Assembly (NCBI GenBank): GCA_041640035.1
Contig: JBEQBC010000008.1
Location: forward strand, 1-28,129
Reading direction: 5' to 3'
DNA length: 28,129 bases
Origin: Candidatus Nanohaloarchaea archaeon
GTDB taxonomy: Archaea; Nanohalarchaeota; Nanosalinia; Nanosalinales; Nanosalinaceae
Shown: in pieces, positions 8,601 through 16,617 of the stretch
Numbering within the stretch: the stretch's first letter is position 1
Layout: the number at the start of each line of letters is the position of its first letter
Notes under the pieces: model-generated
What the model was told of the DNA's origin: nothing
The model's input: the letters and a program-made list of their open reading frames with translations, nothing else
The model's database searches: none
Translations under genes and position numbers: made by a program

Positions 8601-9186
8601 GACAGAGGACTACAAGTACCCGTGGGAGCTCGACACAGATATCGAGATTGGGGAGGACATTGTTCACAGCGATGAACCTTTCACACACGGATATACACAT
8701 GAATCAGAGACAGTAGAGGACGCACCGAACCAGTCTGAGTATGTAACGCTGGATGAGATGAGTGAAAAGACTCAGAGCCAGCTCGGAATCGGTGAAAAAA
8801 TTAAAGCGGTCAACGAGAACGAGGTTGCAGAGCTCTTACTGAATAAGCACTTTATTCCGGATATTAAAGGAAATCTGAGAAGTTTCTCCAAGCAGAAGAT
8901 GCGTTGTGTTGATTGTAATGAGAAGTTCCGGCGTGTACCGATGACCAATCAGTCGATCGCAGCTTCAGGAAAAGTAACAGCTCAGTGCCCTGAATGTGAT
9001 GGAAATGTACTACTCACGATATCTGAGGGAACTATCAAGAAGTACATGGAGCCATCCAAGGATATCATCGACAAGTACGAGATCAGTCCTTATGTCAGAC
9101 AGCAGATCCTGATACTGAACAAAACGCTTCAGAGCCTCTTCGGTAAGTCAAACCATCAGAGCGGCTTGAAGCAGTTCACTTCTTGA
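5689..9186 (+). CDS. polC: DNA polymerase D large (catalytic) subunit DP2, intein-free
   Basis: GPIRSAGGTA, GGFRLRYG, RMGRPEK, catalytic DGDED, Cys4 zinc clusters and C-terminal PIP box QSGLKQF. AGGAGG Shine-Dalgarno upstream. Confidence 0.98.
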   Translation: MEVEDYFDSIRKQTDKAYDVAEEAREQSRDPEQRVDIPVAEDLPEKASSLVIAAQFPELEDQGVAARIRELEDEYGKNDERVAFQIGREIAQGDFYEFDDLERACDAGVRVGASYMTGGITTAPLEGIGDIQIKENNDGTEYLAVYYSGPIRSAGGTASAMSVLLADYVRIGVDLDRFKPSETVVKRYAAEVDDYYTRVTAKQYYPEREETEMIAENVPIEVTGSPTEQLDVSNYKDLERVDTNRIRGGMCLVYLDGLPLKAPKIKKRIEKWGKDFGLEHWDWVEDYLELQEEIHSSGDDDEGDDEEDEASYTPSDKFLGSMTAGRPVFGHPGKKGGFRLRYGHSRVNGLAATSVHPATMEITQRFIATGTQLKTEYPMKGTVTTPCDSIHPPIVRLEDGSVVKVETRDHAKEIEDEVEEILFLGDMLVTYGEFVENGKRLLPSPYVAEWWEKEVQDELERQEMELGRDFTDRAPSPEEAFKISDVLGVPLHPKWTYHWRETSAEKFKELYTALREDEFTDKAKKALEDILLPHTERDGEISIAEDHKEVLETILALDEDNSNLLSAIEEPEDIPEFIKQVSGYQVREQAPHYVGARMGRPEKAERRTIDGKPQIMFPCGKEEGGRMRNLTASYNQSMHGEKGLVKQGILHNKCTQCGELTHFSYCIECDSPAEPVYFCRNCGKQHDEKPDTCGNCGEDVFNRYKRTEIDVRNLMDNAMDNLDMRHPPELLKSVRGMSGKHKHVEPIEKGLLRQEYDLYVNKDGTVRYDATDIPMTHFKPKEISVSIETLRDQGYTHDVDGEPLENDDQVLALKPQDIILPDGENTLKASDYFVRVANFIDDLLEEFYDLDPYYDVETKEDLVGTLVIGLAPHTSGGTVGRIIGFTDAKGIYSHPYWHAAKRRNADGDEDAILLLMDGLLNFSRDFLPDMTGARTMDAPLILSTVLNPDEIDDEAWAIETVSEYPLSFYQETEDYKYPWELDTDIEIGEDIVHSDEPFTHGYTHESETVEDAPNQSEYVTLDEMSEKTQSQLGIGEKIKAVNENEVAELLLNKHFIPDIKGNLRSFSKQKMRCVDCNEKFRRVPMTNQSIAASGKVTAQCPECDGNVLLTISEGTIKKYMEPSKDIIDKYEISPYVRQQILILNKTLQSLFGKSNHQSGLKQFTS

Positions 9187-9248
9187 AAACTTATCCAGGG
9201 GTTAAACGCCCCAACCATTAATAGCTTTAGCAGTTTGTAATCTTCTAT

Positions 9249-9779
9249 ATGAAAGAACAAGTTGAGATTAACGAGGTAATGACTGAAGGAGTTATAGCAG
9301 TTGAACAGGATAAAAGCATAGTTGAAGCTTCCCGTAAACTTGATGAAGAGGGTATCAGAGGTTTAGTAGTTGTTGATGACGGTGAAGCGGTAGGAGTAAT
9401 CGTCTGCAGAGATATTGTATACGAAGTAGTCGGACCTAAGAAAGAACCGGCAGATACAACAGTTGGAGAAGTAATGAGCACAGACTTGATTGTTGCTGAG
9501 GAAGATGAGTACCTTGACGATGTTGCCATGGCTATGGCGAAGAACAATATCTCTCGCGTACCTGTAGTCCGTGGGGACATGCTTGTAGGAATCCTTACAC
9601 AGAGCGATATTCTCCGTGCATGGCCTGGATTCGCAGAGATTATGGGCGAAGAGATTGAGATGAATGAAGCAGCAGTTCCGAATGTAGAGACTCAGAGTGG
9701 CGAATGTGAGAGCTGTGAGAACTACAGCGAAGAACTAATCGAGACCAACGGAATGCTTCTCTGCCCAGAGTGCCGATAA
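9249..9779 (+). CDS. CBS-pair protein with C-terminal zinc ribbon
   Basis: Two CBS repeats (GLVVVD...VGVI; RVPVV...VGILTQSD) followed by CESC-x15-CPEC. Confidence 0.9.
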   Translation: MKEQVEINEVMTEGVIAVEQDKSIVEASRKLDEEGIRGLVVVDDGEAVGVIVCRDIVYEVVGPKKEPADTTVGEVMSTDLIVAEEDEYLDDVAMAMAKNNISRVPVVRGDMLVGILTQSDILRAWPGFAEIMGEEIEMNEAAVPNVETQSGECESCENYSEELIETNGMLLCPECR

Positions 9780-9863
9780 AAGGTACTCCGCATCAATATT
9801 TCTTCCCTCATTTTTACCTGCATCCTTTTTTATCATAGATATCTAATTATCCATTTGTAGACT

Positions 9864-10310
9864 ATGGAGATAGAAGAGGAGATAACTCGCAGACGCCAAA
9901 CCATCGAACTGGACGACCCAGGACAGGCATACGCAGAACTGCGAGACCTTCTATCCACAAGAATGAGCTTCGACCATGTCTCCGAAGAAAAATACTTCAA
10001 CGATGTAGACGAAGGAGTCGTAAGAGCAAAAGTCGATACTACAGAAGCGTTCGACAGATACAGTATCGAAAAACTGACGCTCTTCATCAAAATTGACAAA
10101 CAGAAGGGAGAACTCGACTTACAGATTAAAGGACAGATAATTACAGAGTATCCAGAGGACTACAGTTATCAGAAAACACTTTGGTACTACGCGTACCGTT
10201 CACTTTTCGACAAGTTCCTTTACGGAGAGGTAAGACACGGTTACATTCCTGCAGTAGAGGAAAAAACCGATACAGTAATGCAGAGGGTTCGGGACCTCTT
10301 GGAGGCATGA
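9864..10310 (+). CDS. Hypothetical protein, paralogue A of a tandem triplet
   Basis: 148-aa acidic ORF that shares two motif blocks with the next two ORFs. Confidence 0.85.
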   Translation: MEIEEEITRRRQTIELDDPGQAYAELRDLLSTRMSFDHVSEEKYFNDVDEGVVRAKVDTTEAFDRYSIEKLTLFIKIDKQKGELDLQIKGQIITEYPEDYSYQKTLWYYAYRSLFDKFLYGEVRHGYIPAVEEKTDTVMQRVRDLLEA

Positions 10311-10316
10311 TTAGCT

Positions 10317-10937
10317 ATGACTGACTTCGAAGAACCTGTTATTGAAAAACAAGACCACTTCTTCGTGGAGGAAGACGCTGCCCGCATCTACAGAGATATC
10401 AAGGATATCTTGGAGGACGAACTTGGTATCGATAGAGTTGAGGAAGCTCGTATGGAGTTCTCAACAGCTAGCGCAAAGGACAAGATCCGTATGCATGCCT
10501 GGAAGGAGAAAAGCCGCCATACAGTAATTTACTTTAACCTTTCCTGGAGATGCAAGACACCAAGGCATATCTACCAGTCGCAGAGACAGAAAGATGTACT
10601 AAAAGCCCGTGTTAAGACTTCTGCCTCAGTGCTTACAACCTACCCGGGAGGAGAAGCCCTTCCATGGCTTCCACACAGCGTTAGAGATACTCCTGATGAA
10701 CGGCTTCCGGAGAATTATCTGAAGCCGGAGGATACATCTATGTTCCAGAACTCTAAGTTCTATGATCTCTTGACCGGTATCTGGTACCATACTTTTTACT
10801 CGAAGGAAGTCGATCGTTATGAAGAGGAGGCGGAAGAGATGGTGTTGCATCTTCATAACCTGATGAGAGAGAAGTTCGGAGTCGAGGAATCCATCACAAA
10901 ATCCGGAGCATCACAGTACACGCCACCTTGGCAGTGA
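10317..10937 (+). CDS. Hypothetical protein, paralogue B
   Basis: 206-aa ORF starting 6 nt after A; shared motif blocks. Confidence 0.85.
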   Translation: MTDFEEPVIEKQDHFFVEEDAARIYRDIKDILEDELGIDRVEEARMEFSTASAKDKIRMHAWKEKSRHTVIYFNLSWRCKTPRHIYQSQRQKDVLKARVKTSASVLTTYPGGEALPWLPHSVRDTPDERLPENYLKPEDTSMFQNSKFYDLLTGIWYHTFYSKEVDRYEEEAEEMVLHLHNLMREKFGVEESITKSGASQYTPPWQ

Positions 10938-10943
10938 TATACA

Positions 10944-11582
10944 ATGGGAGATAGACTTGACAAATTCCTCGGATGGTTCAAACGCCCTGACGGAAGCTGG
11001 GAGAAAGACGATGTATGGCATGAGTTCCCGCTTTTCCATGGTGACTGGGAAGAAATCCATAACAAGGTTGAGTGGTATGAAAGCCCTCACATAGTTGATA
11101 TCTATAAAGACCACAAGTACATCTTCAAAAACATCGATATGGATCGTCCAGTAGAAAGATACTATGAACAGTCTATAGGGGACGGAGGATTCCGTTCACA
11201 GATGGAGTCTGAGACCGAACTCCCAAGCGGATTAGGCGAAATGCGTATCCGTACCCGTCTAAGAACCAAGACTCCTCCTTCTGGAGAGAACGATTTTGGA
11301 TTGATTGAGTACTTCGTCAGGACCGATATTCAGTACGATATACCCGATGGAATCGATAACCTTCCGCGTTTCCTGGCTTACCCGCTTAACAAGTTCTTCA
11401 AGTGGGCTTACATGACTTTCATCGCTGAGGAACTGATTGAGCATGATGGAGAGTTTGCCAGAGAGAAAATGTACTCCTACCTAGACTACCTACGCGAATA
11501 CCATGGAGAGGAGCCTGTTCAGGCAAAGTCTAGGCAGACTGTTTACGAACCGACCGACGCAGAGAGAAGGTTCTTCATATAG
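10944..11582 (+). CDS. Hypothetical protein, paralogue C
   Basis: 212-aa ORF starting 6 nt after B; shared motif blocks. Confidence 0.85.
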   Translation: MGDRLDKFLGWFKRPDGSWEKDDVWHEFPLFHGDWEEIHNKVEWYESPHIVDIYKDHKYIFKNIDMDRPVERYYEQSIGDGGFRSQMESETELPSGLGEMRIRTRLRTKTPPSGENDFGLIEYFVRTDIQYDIPDGIDNLPRFLAYPLNKFFKWAYMTFIAEELIEHDGEFAREKMYSYLDYLREYHGEEPVQAKSRQTVYEPTDAERRFFI

Positions 11583-11642
11583 AAACCTATCTTTACTGCA
11601 GCCGATGTCAACAGGTAAAAAGCTAACCTGCCCTTTTTCAAT

Positions 11643-11749
11643 TATAGAGTTTTTGGCTGCCCATCATTGGAAACGGTCAGCAGGTGTGACCTCACGGGAC
11701 TACGCAGGAGATGATCACCTGTGTTACCAGGGCAGCCAAATTCTCTATA
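11643..11749. ncRNA. Candidate structured non-coding RNA (long interrupted hairpin), family not recognised
   Basis: 20-bp terminal inverted repeat (18/20 pairs) enclosing nested stems TGGAAAC/GTTACCA and CAGGTG/CACCTG, in a ~195-nt intergenic gap. Confidence 0.55.
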
Positions 11750-11778
11750 CACCAAAAATATGTGGTTGAAAACGGTTT

Positions 11779-12051
11779 ATGACAGATTTCTATGTTAAAG
11801 TAAATCCGGATTCCGGTGAACAGTCAGTTAATACTTCAAGTTCAATTACTGAAGTGAAACTCAAACAACCGGCAGAGATGGGCAGAGCTAATACAGAGCT
11901 TATCCAGTTGATGACAGAGATCCTGGGCGAGGAACCTGGCATTATTTCAGGTCATCAGAGCCGGAGAAAAAAGCTTAAGACAGATCTTCCTCAGAAGAAG
12001 GTCGACGAAAGGTTAGAAGATTATGGCGAAGATAGCACAGAAAAACAGTAA
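11779..12051 (+). CDS. DUF167 (YggU-like) protein
   Basis: VKVNP...PAEMGRANTELI...IISGHQSRRK pattern typical of the family. Confidence 0.88.
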   Translation: MTDFYVKVNPDSGEQSVNTSSSITEVKLKQPAEMGRANTELIQLMTEILGEEPGIISGHQSRRKKLKTDLPQKKVDERLEDYGEDSTEKQ

Positions 12052-13126
12052 ATACTTGGTAAAAGCACATGCAAAAGCATCAGGAGTAATAGAGAAAGCA
12101 GATGTAATCGGAGCACTTCACGGACAGACAGAAGGATTACTAGGCAACGACATGGACCTGGCCGACCTCAGAAAGAGAGGGAAGATCGGCAGGATGAACA
12201 TAGATGTCAAAACCGAAGATGGTAAATCCGAGGTTGATATCGAGATTCCTTCATCGCTTGATGCTGAGCAGACTGCCATACTGGCAGCCAGTATAGAGAC
12301 AGTTGAGAAAGTAGGACCTGTAAACGCCGATATACGGGTTGATGAGATCATAGATGTACGGAAATCCAAGAGAGACTACATCGTCAAGAGATCAAAGCAG
12401 CTTTTGGATGAAATTAAGACAGATAAACCGGATATCGACCAGATCAAGGAAGAAATACAGTACGAGGACAGAAAAGGCCGTATAGAAGATTTCAAAGGCT
12501 TCAAAGCTGGAGAGAAAGCAGAAAGCGCGGACGAAATTATACTTGTAGAGGGAGAAGCTGACCTCAAGAACCTGTTATCCGTAGGTATCAGCAACGCACT
12601 GGCTATCGGCGGAACATCAGTACCAGAGAACATCGTAGAGATATCAGATGAAAGAACCACTACGGCACTTCTCGACGGAGATAGAGGAGGAGAACTCATA
12701 CTGAAAGAGCTGAAGCAGAAGGCGGATATCGATTATCTGGCTCAAGCTCCGGAAGGCAAGGAAGTCGAAGACCTGAACGAGAAACAGTTGATGAAAACTG
12801 TTAGAGACAAGAAAAAAGTCGATGAAGACGGAGAAACAGAAGAAGACGCCGAAGAGAACTCCGAGGTCAGAGAGTACCTTAAAGAGATGATCGGAACCCG
12901 TGCAGTACATTTCCTGGACGAGGAACTTGAACCAGTGGAGAAAGCGCCGAGAGATAATTTCCAGGAAACAGCAGAGCAGTTACACGATGTATACGCGGTC
13001 GCGATTGATGGAAAAATCACGAATGACAAGATTGAACAAGCTGAGGAAATGGATGCACAATACTTTGCAGGTATGGAGCAGGATGGCAACGCTTCCAGCA
13101 GTGAACTCAGGATAATCAAGAGATAA
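12023..13126 (+). CDS. dnaG: Archaeal DnaG (TOPRIM primase-like protein)
   Basis: GVIEKADVIGALHGQTEGLLG N-terminus; TOPRIM motifs IILVEGEAD and LDGDRGG. Confidence 0.95.
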   Translation: MAKIAQKNSKYLVKAHAKASGVIEKADVIGALHGQTEGLLGNDMDLADLRKRGKIGRMNIDVKTEDGKSEVDIEIPSSLDAEQTAILAASIETVEKVGPVNADIRVDEIIDVRKSKRDYIVKRSKQLLDEIKTDKPDIDQIKEEIQYEDRKGRIEDFKGFKAGEKAESADEIILVEGEADLKNLLSVGISNALAIGGTSVPENIVEISDERTTTALLDGDRGGELILKELKQKADIDYLAQAPEGKEVEDLNEKQLMKTVRDKKKVDEDGETEEDAEENSEVREYLKEMIGTRAVHFLDEELEPVEKAPRDNFQETAEQLHDVYAVAIDGKITNDKIEQAEEMDAQYFAGMEQDGNASSSELRIIKR

Positions 13127-13127
13127 G

Positions 13128-13907
13128 ATGCTTGAATCAATCAACACTCAGGTATATGTTCAGCTACTGCTGTTCTTCGGATCGCTTGTAATCGGAGTAC
13201 TTTTAACCCGTGCAGTACTGATGCCAGCAGCTGGCAAGGTAATAAGGCGTAGAGATGGCGATATCAAGGCGCAGCATTCCTTTGAAAACATTATAGGGAT
13301 GACAGGTCTTTTCTTAACTTTTACCGTAGCTCTTCAGGTAGCTAACTTCGGAAACCTGCTCACAGTACTTGGAACTATCGCTGCAGCAGCAACAGTAGCA
13401 GTAGGATTCGGTATGAGAGATCAGATATCCAGTCTGGTAGCAGGTATATTCATCCACACGGATAATCCATATGTAAAAGGCGACTACATTAAGGTAGACG
13501 AGTTTGAAGGTGTTGTAAAGGAGGTAAGACTTCGTGCGACAGTTATTGAAACGGATAAGGATCCAAAGCAGGTGGTACCGAATAACATGGTTACTACAAA
13601 AACCTTGAAGAACTTTACCCGTGGAAGAAAGACGCGACGAAATATAGAGATCACTTCGGAACCGGAGAAGGCTGAGGAAACTCTGAGTATTCTGAAGGAA
13701 GCAGTTGAAGGCGTTGATGCAGTTTGGCAGAAACCGGCTCCGTCCTCAAGCTTTGAAGGTATGGAGGATGGCGAGATGAAGCTACGGTGCTCTTGCTGGA
13801 TAGGCTCTCCTGAGAACGCCGATGAGATCAAGGATCAGATTATGAGAGACTTCAACTCCCGGATGAAGGATAAGGGTATGTACGAGAAAGAGGAAGAAGA
13901 GGAGTAA
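13128..13907 (+). CDS. mscS: Small-conductance mechanosensitive channel
   Basis: Three TM helices, GFGMRDQISSLVAG pore-helix region, GDYI...EGVV...LRAT...VPN beta domain. Confidence 0.92.
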   Translation: MLESINTQVYVQLLLFFGSLVIGVLLTRAVLMPAAGKVIRRRDGDIKAQHSFENIIGMTGLFLTFTVALQVANFGNLLTVLGTIAAAATVAVGFGMRDQISSLVAGIFIHTDNPYVKGDYIKVDEFEGVVKEVRLRATVIETDKDPKQVVPNNMVTTKTLKNFTRGRKTRRNIEITSEPEKAEETLSILKEAVEGVDAVWQKPAPSSSFEGMEDGEMKLRCSCWIGSPENADEIKDQIMRDFNSRMKDKGMYEKEEEEE

Positions 13908-13915
13908 AGAATTTC

Positions 13916-14356
13916 CTAAAGCTCGACTTCAAGGTTTTCCTCTGATTCCAGTACTACATTTGTCTTGGTTCCTTCTACTCCCTCAATGCTCTGGAGATCT
14001 CTTGCGCCCTGGTTCATGTCTTGACGGTCTCTGAACCGGCATACAACCATGATGTCTGTTTCGCCGGTTACTACATATACTGAGTCGACGAATCCTACTT
14101 CCTCAAGTTTGTCTGTAGCAGCCTGTATCTTCCCGCTCTCCACAGTTAACTGTATTATCGTGGTCAGTCCGAAACCCAGTTCCTCGTAATCTAGAACCGG
14201 TCTGAAGCCTTCGATCACTTTGTTCTCCAGTAGCTTGTTGAAACGGTTGCTGACAGTCGAAGCTGATATATCGACTCTTTCCGCCAATTTCCGGAGGGAG
14301 AGCCGGCCGTCTTTTCGAAGCTGTTCAATTATTTGAATATCTGAGTCATCTACCAT
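13916..14356 (-). CDS. Lrp/AsnC family transcriptional regulator
   Basis: DxxII..LRKDGR HTH followed by a RAM domain (VTGETD). ATG at 14356 preferred over the TTG at 14365. Confidence 0.95.
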   Translation of the reverse strand: MVDDSDIQIIEQLRKDGRLSLRKLAERVDISASTVSNRFNKLLENKVIEGFRPVLDYEELGFGLTTIIQLTVESGKIQAATDKLEEVGFVDSVYVVTGETDIMVVCRFRDRQDMNQGARDLQSIEGVEGTKTNVVLESEENLEVEL

Positions 14357-14462
14357 AATAATCAAACAATTGAATGATAAAACTTATATTCTCTGGCTGT
14401 TTGTTTGCCATTTGTTATTTATATTAGCAAAACAATTGTATAAGGTAGGAGGTGTTGGCTGA

Positions 14463-14567
14463 ATGGCTAAAAAAGAGTGTACGATCTGTGGGGAGAAAAT
14501 TGAAGGACATCATGTCCATACTGAGAAAGCAAGGGCTCACAGAGAGTGTCTTGAAACTGCAATCTAG
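14463..14567 (+). CDS. 34-aa zinc-finger microprotein (not in the ORF track)
   Basis: MAKKECTICGEKIEGHHVHTEKARAHRECLETAI* with CxxC...HxxC. AGGAGGTG Shine-Dalgarno 8 nt upstream and TTTATAT box at 14418-14424. Confidence 0.8.
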   Translation: MAKKECTICGEKIEGHHVHTEKARAHRECLETAI

Positions 14568-15088
14568 ATACGATCAACTAGATCGTCTTTTTTATCCTCG
14601 AACTCCTCTTCGGAGATATTACCGCGGTCATGCTGGTCAGAAAGTTTCTCCAGCTTGTCCGCAGGGTCAGGATTCTTCTGGATATCCCTGATCAGTCCTG
14701 TTACCTTCAGGCCTTCGCCGTCAGAAACCATAAGCTCTTCTTTTCTGCCTTCAGGAAGCTGTAAAACAACCTTATCCAGGTTCTTCTTGTCGTTGACCTC
14801 CATCTTGTCGATGCTGTCGATTTTCAGATCTCTGAACTGTTTTTTCTCGCCGAGTAGAGAAATCTTGGCGTCAGTAAGGTCCAGTATACGGAGGTTAGTT
14901 ACTACTACTATTTTCTTGCCTTTGATGTTGCCTAATACGACGCCAGAGATGAGCTGTATCTTTTCCTTGTCTCCTAGCCGTTCTTTGATGCCGGAGAACT
15001 CCTCAACGGTTACATCTCCAAGCACTGTTACATCTTCGAACTCTTCTTCGTGTCCGTCTTTCGGCTCATCTCGTTCGATATCTGTCAT
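14564..15088 (-). CDS. PH-like domain protein with C-terminal SHOCT domain
   Basis: IVVVTNLRIL resembles a bacterial PH core; ADKLEKLSDQHDRGNISEEEFEDKKDDL is a SHOCT motif. Start taken as ATG 15088. Confidence 0.82.
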   Translation of the reverse strand: MTDIERDEPKDGHEEEFEDVTVLGDVTVEEFSGIKERLGDKEKIQLISGVVLGNIKGKKIVVVTNLRILDLTDAKISLLGEKKQFRDLKIDSIDKMEVNDKKNLDKVVLQLPEGRKEELMVSDGEGLKVTGLIRDIQKNPDPADKLEKLSDQHDRGNISEEEFEDKKDDLVDRI

Positions 15089-15163
15089 GTTAGCGTGTTC
15101 TACACCTTGAAATTGATCTGCGATGCCTATAAACATTAATTGCTATTAATTTACATATAAGCC

Positions 15164-16216
15164 ATGGTTCTGCAGAAAATCAAGAGAACAGGATTTGCCG
15201 TCGGAGCGATCAGCCTATTCATAATGGCTTTACAGCTTCTCAGCACCTCAACCGGCGAACTCACACCTCTACTCGAGCAGAGCCTCAAACCCTTTCTCAA
15301 CAACGACCTGAACACGCTAGGAGCAGGATGGCTCACAGCATACTTCACACTGAACGGTACAACAGGAGCCGCTATAGGCTTATCCCTATTCAACAGCAGC
15401 ATTATAACTGCGTCACAGCTTCTAACCATGCTTTCCGGCTCAAGACTCGCAGCAGCTTTCGTAGTTATACTGATTGGAGTTTTGGAGTATTTCCAGGGTA
15501 AGGCGGACAGTATCAAGGACTCAACCTCAATCGGGATGATATGCTTTCTGATAGCCTATACGATTTACACGCCAGCCATTCTGATATCATACTACTTCAG
15601 CACCAACTTTTCAACGGAGTTCCTAGAGCTTTCAGGTCCGATGTTCCTACAGAACTCACTGCTATCAGTTTTCACACCTATAACCAATACTATAGCCTCT
15701 ATAACCGGTCCAGGACTAGGATTCTTCACGGCGATAGCACTGCTTATAATCAGTCTAAGGATCTTTGGACTGGCTTTCAACGGTTTGAACGCGGAAAGCC
15801 TCCGTGGAAACTACCTGCAGTACCTGATGGGAAGCAAATGGATAGCATTCGCCACAGGATCTATTCTAACACTTCTAACCACAAGCGTATCCCTTTCACT
15901 AGGAATCATCGTACCTCTGTACAACGAAGGGTTCATCAAGAGACAGGAGATCATCCCGTATATCATGGGTGCGAACCTGGCGACGATGATCAGCTTCGTT
16001 ATATCCGCGATGATCGTGGGAACGAAACAGGGTATGGCACAGGTGCTTGTACTGACAGGCGGTATAGCAATTGTAACAGCTGTTGCACTTGTGTTCTATG
16101 ATCAGTACTTCAAAATGTTGCAGAAGGCGTTTGACACACTGGTAACCCGTACACCAGTCATGATCGCATTCATAGTCACACTAGTGGTAGTTCCGCTGGC
16201 CGCATTACTAATATAA
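15164..16216 (+). CDS. Na+/phosphate cotransporter-like membrane protein (PNaS family)
   Basis: Multi-pass hydrophobic protein with two pseudo-repeats and the YIMGANLAT signature. Confidence 0.8.
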   Translation: MVLQKIKRTGFAVGAISLFIMALQLLSTSTGELTPLLEQSLKPFLNNDLNTLGAGWLTAYFTLNGTTGAAIGLSLFNSSIITASQLLTMLSGSRLAAAFVVILIGVLEYFQGKADSIKDSTSIGMICFLIAYTIYTPAILISYYFSTNFSTEFLELSGPMFLQNSLLSVFTPITNTIASITGPGLGFFTAIALLIISLRIFGLAFNGLNAESLRGNYLQYLMGSKWIAFATGSILTLLTTSVSLSLGIIVPLYNEGFIKRQEIIPYIMGANLATMISFVISAMIVGTKQGMAQVLVLTGGIAIVTAVALVFYDQYFKMLQKAFDTLVTRTPVMIAFIVTLVVVPLAALLI

Positions 16217-16258
16217 TTTACAAAAAAAGGAAACTAGAGATGAAAAGATAAGGATTTT

Positions 16259-16513
16259 TCAGTTTATCTCGACTTTCTCATTTGTTTCCTGGTCGTTCCA
16301 TTCGATTTCTACTTCGATGGATAGATCGCCGTCTTGTTCTTCCTCAACTTCTATCTCAAACTCTACATTGTCTGCTGGAGTTAAACTGACGGAGTCGTTA
16401 CCGGAGCTTAGCTCTATCTTTCCTTCACTGACTTTGTCGGCTATCTCATGTAGTTTTTCTGCTGCTTCGGTTCTTGACATCTTTGATTCTGTCTTCAGTA
16501 GTTTTTCTGTCAT
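16259..16513 (-). CDS. Amphi-Trp domain protein
   Basis: MSRxEAAxxLxxIAD...VEFEIEVEEE...SIEVEIEW pattern. Confidence 0.88.
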   Translation of the reverse strand: MTEKLLKTESKMSRTEAAEKLHEIADKVSEGKIELSSGNDSVSLTPADNVEFEIEVEEEQDGDLSIEVEIEWNDQETNEKVEIN

Positions 16514-16617
16514 AATGTACTCTTTGTGTTTTGATTGGTTTATCTCTTTCTATACAATTGTTTAGAGGCGCTGTACTCGTCGAATTTTTAAATTTCGTGT
16601 TTCAGATGGTTTTGATA

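Noticed and set aside
5689-9186. Intein in DP2, cdc6 or the visible part of radA
   Set aside because: Protein lengths are normal, conserved motifs are contiguous, and no splicing or LAGLIDADG motifs were seen.
11643-11749. Hairpin as SRP RNA, 5S rRNA, tRNA or C/D box sRNA
   Set aside because: No SRP helix-8 motif, 5S conserved loops or T-loop. The CTGA/ATGATG boxes on the minus strand have unsuitable guide spacing.
11503-11769. 88-aa ORF spanning the hairpin
   Set aside because: It overlaps paralogue C out of frame and has atypical composition. The nested base-pairing explains the region better.
14452-14691. 79-aa GTG-start ORF in the track
   Set aside because: Its GTG is part of the Shine-Dalgarno of the 34-aa zinc-finger ORF in another frame, and it overlaps the convergent gene extensively.
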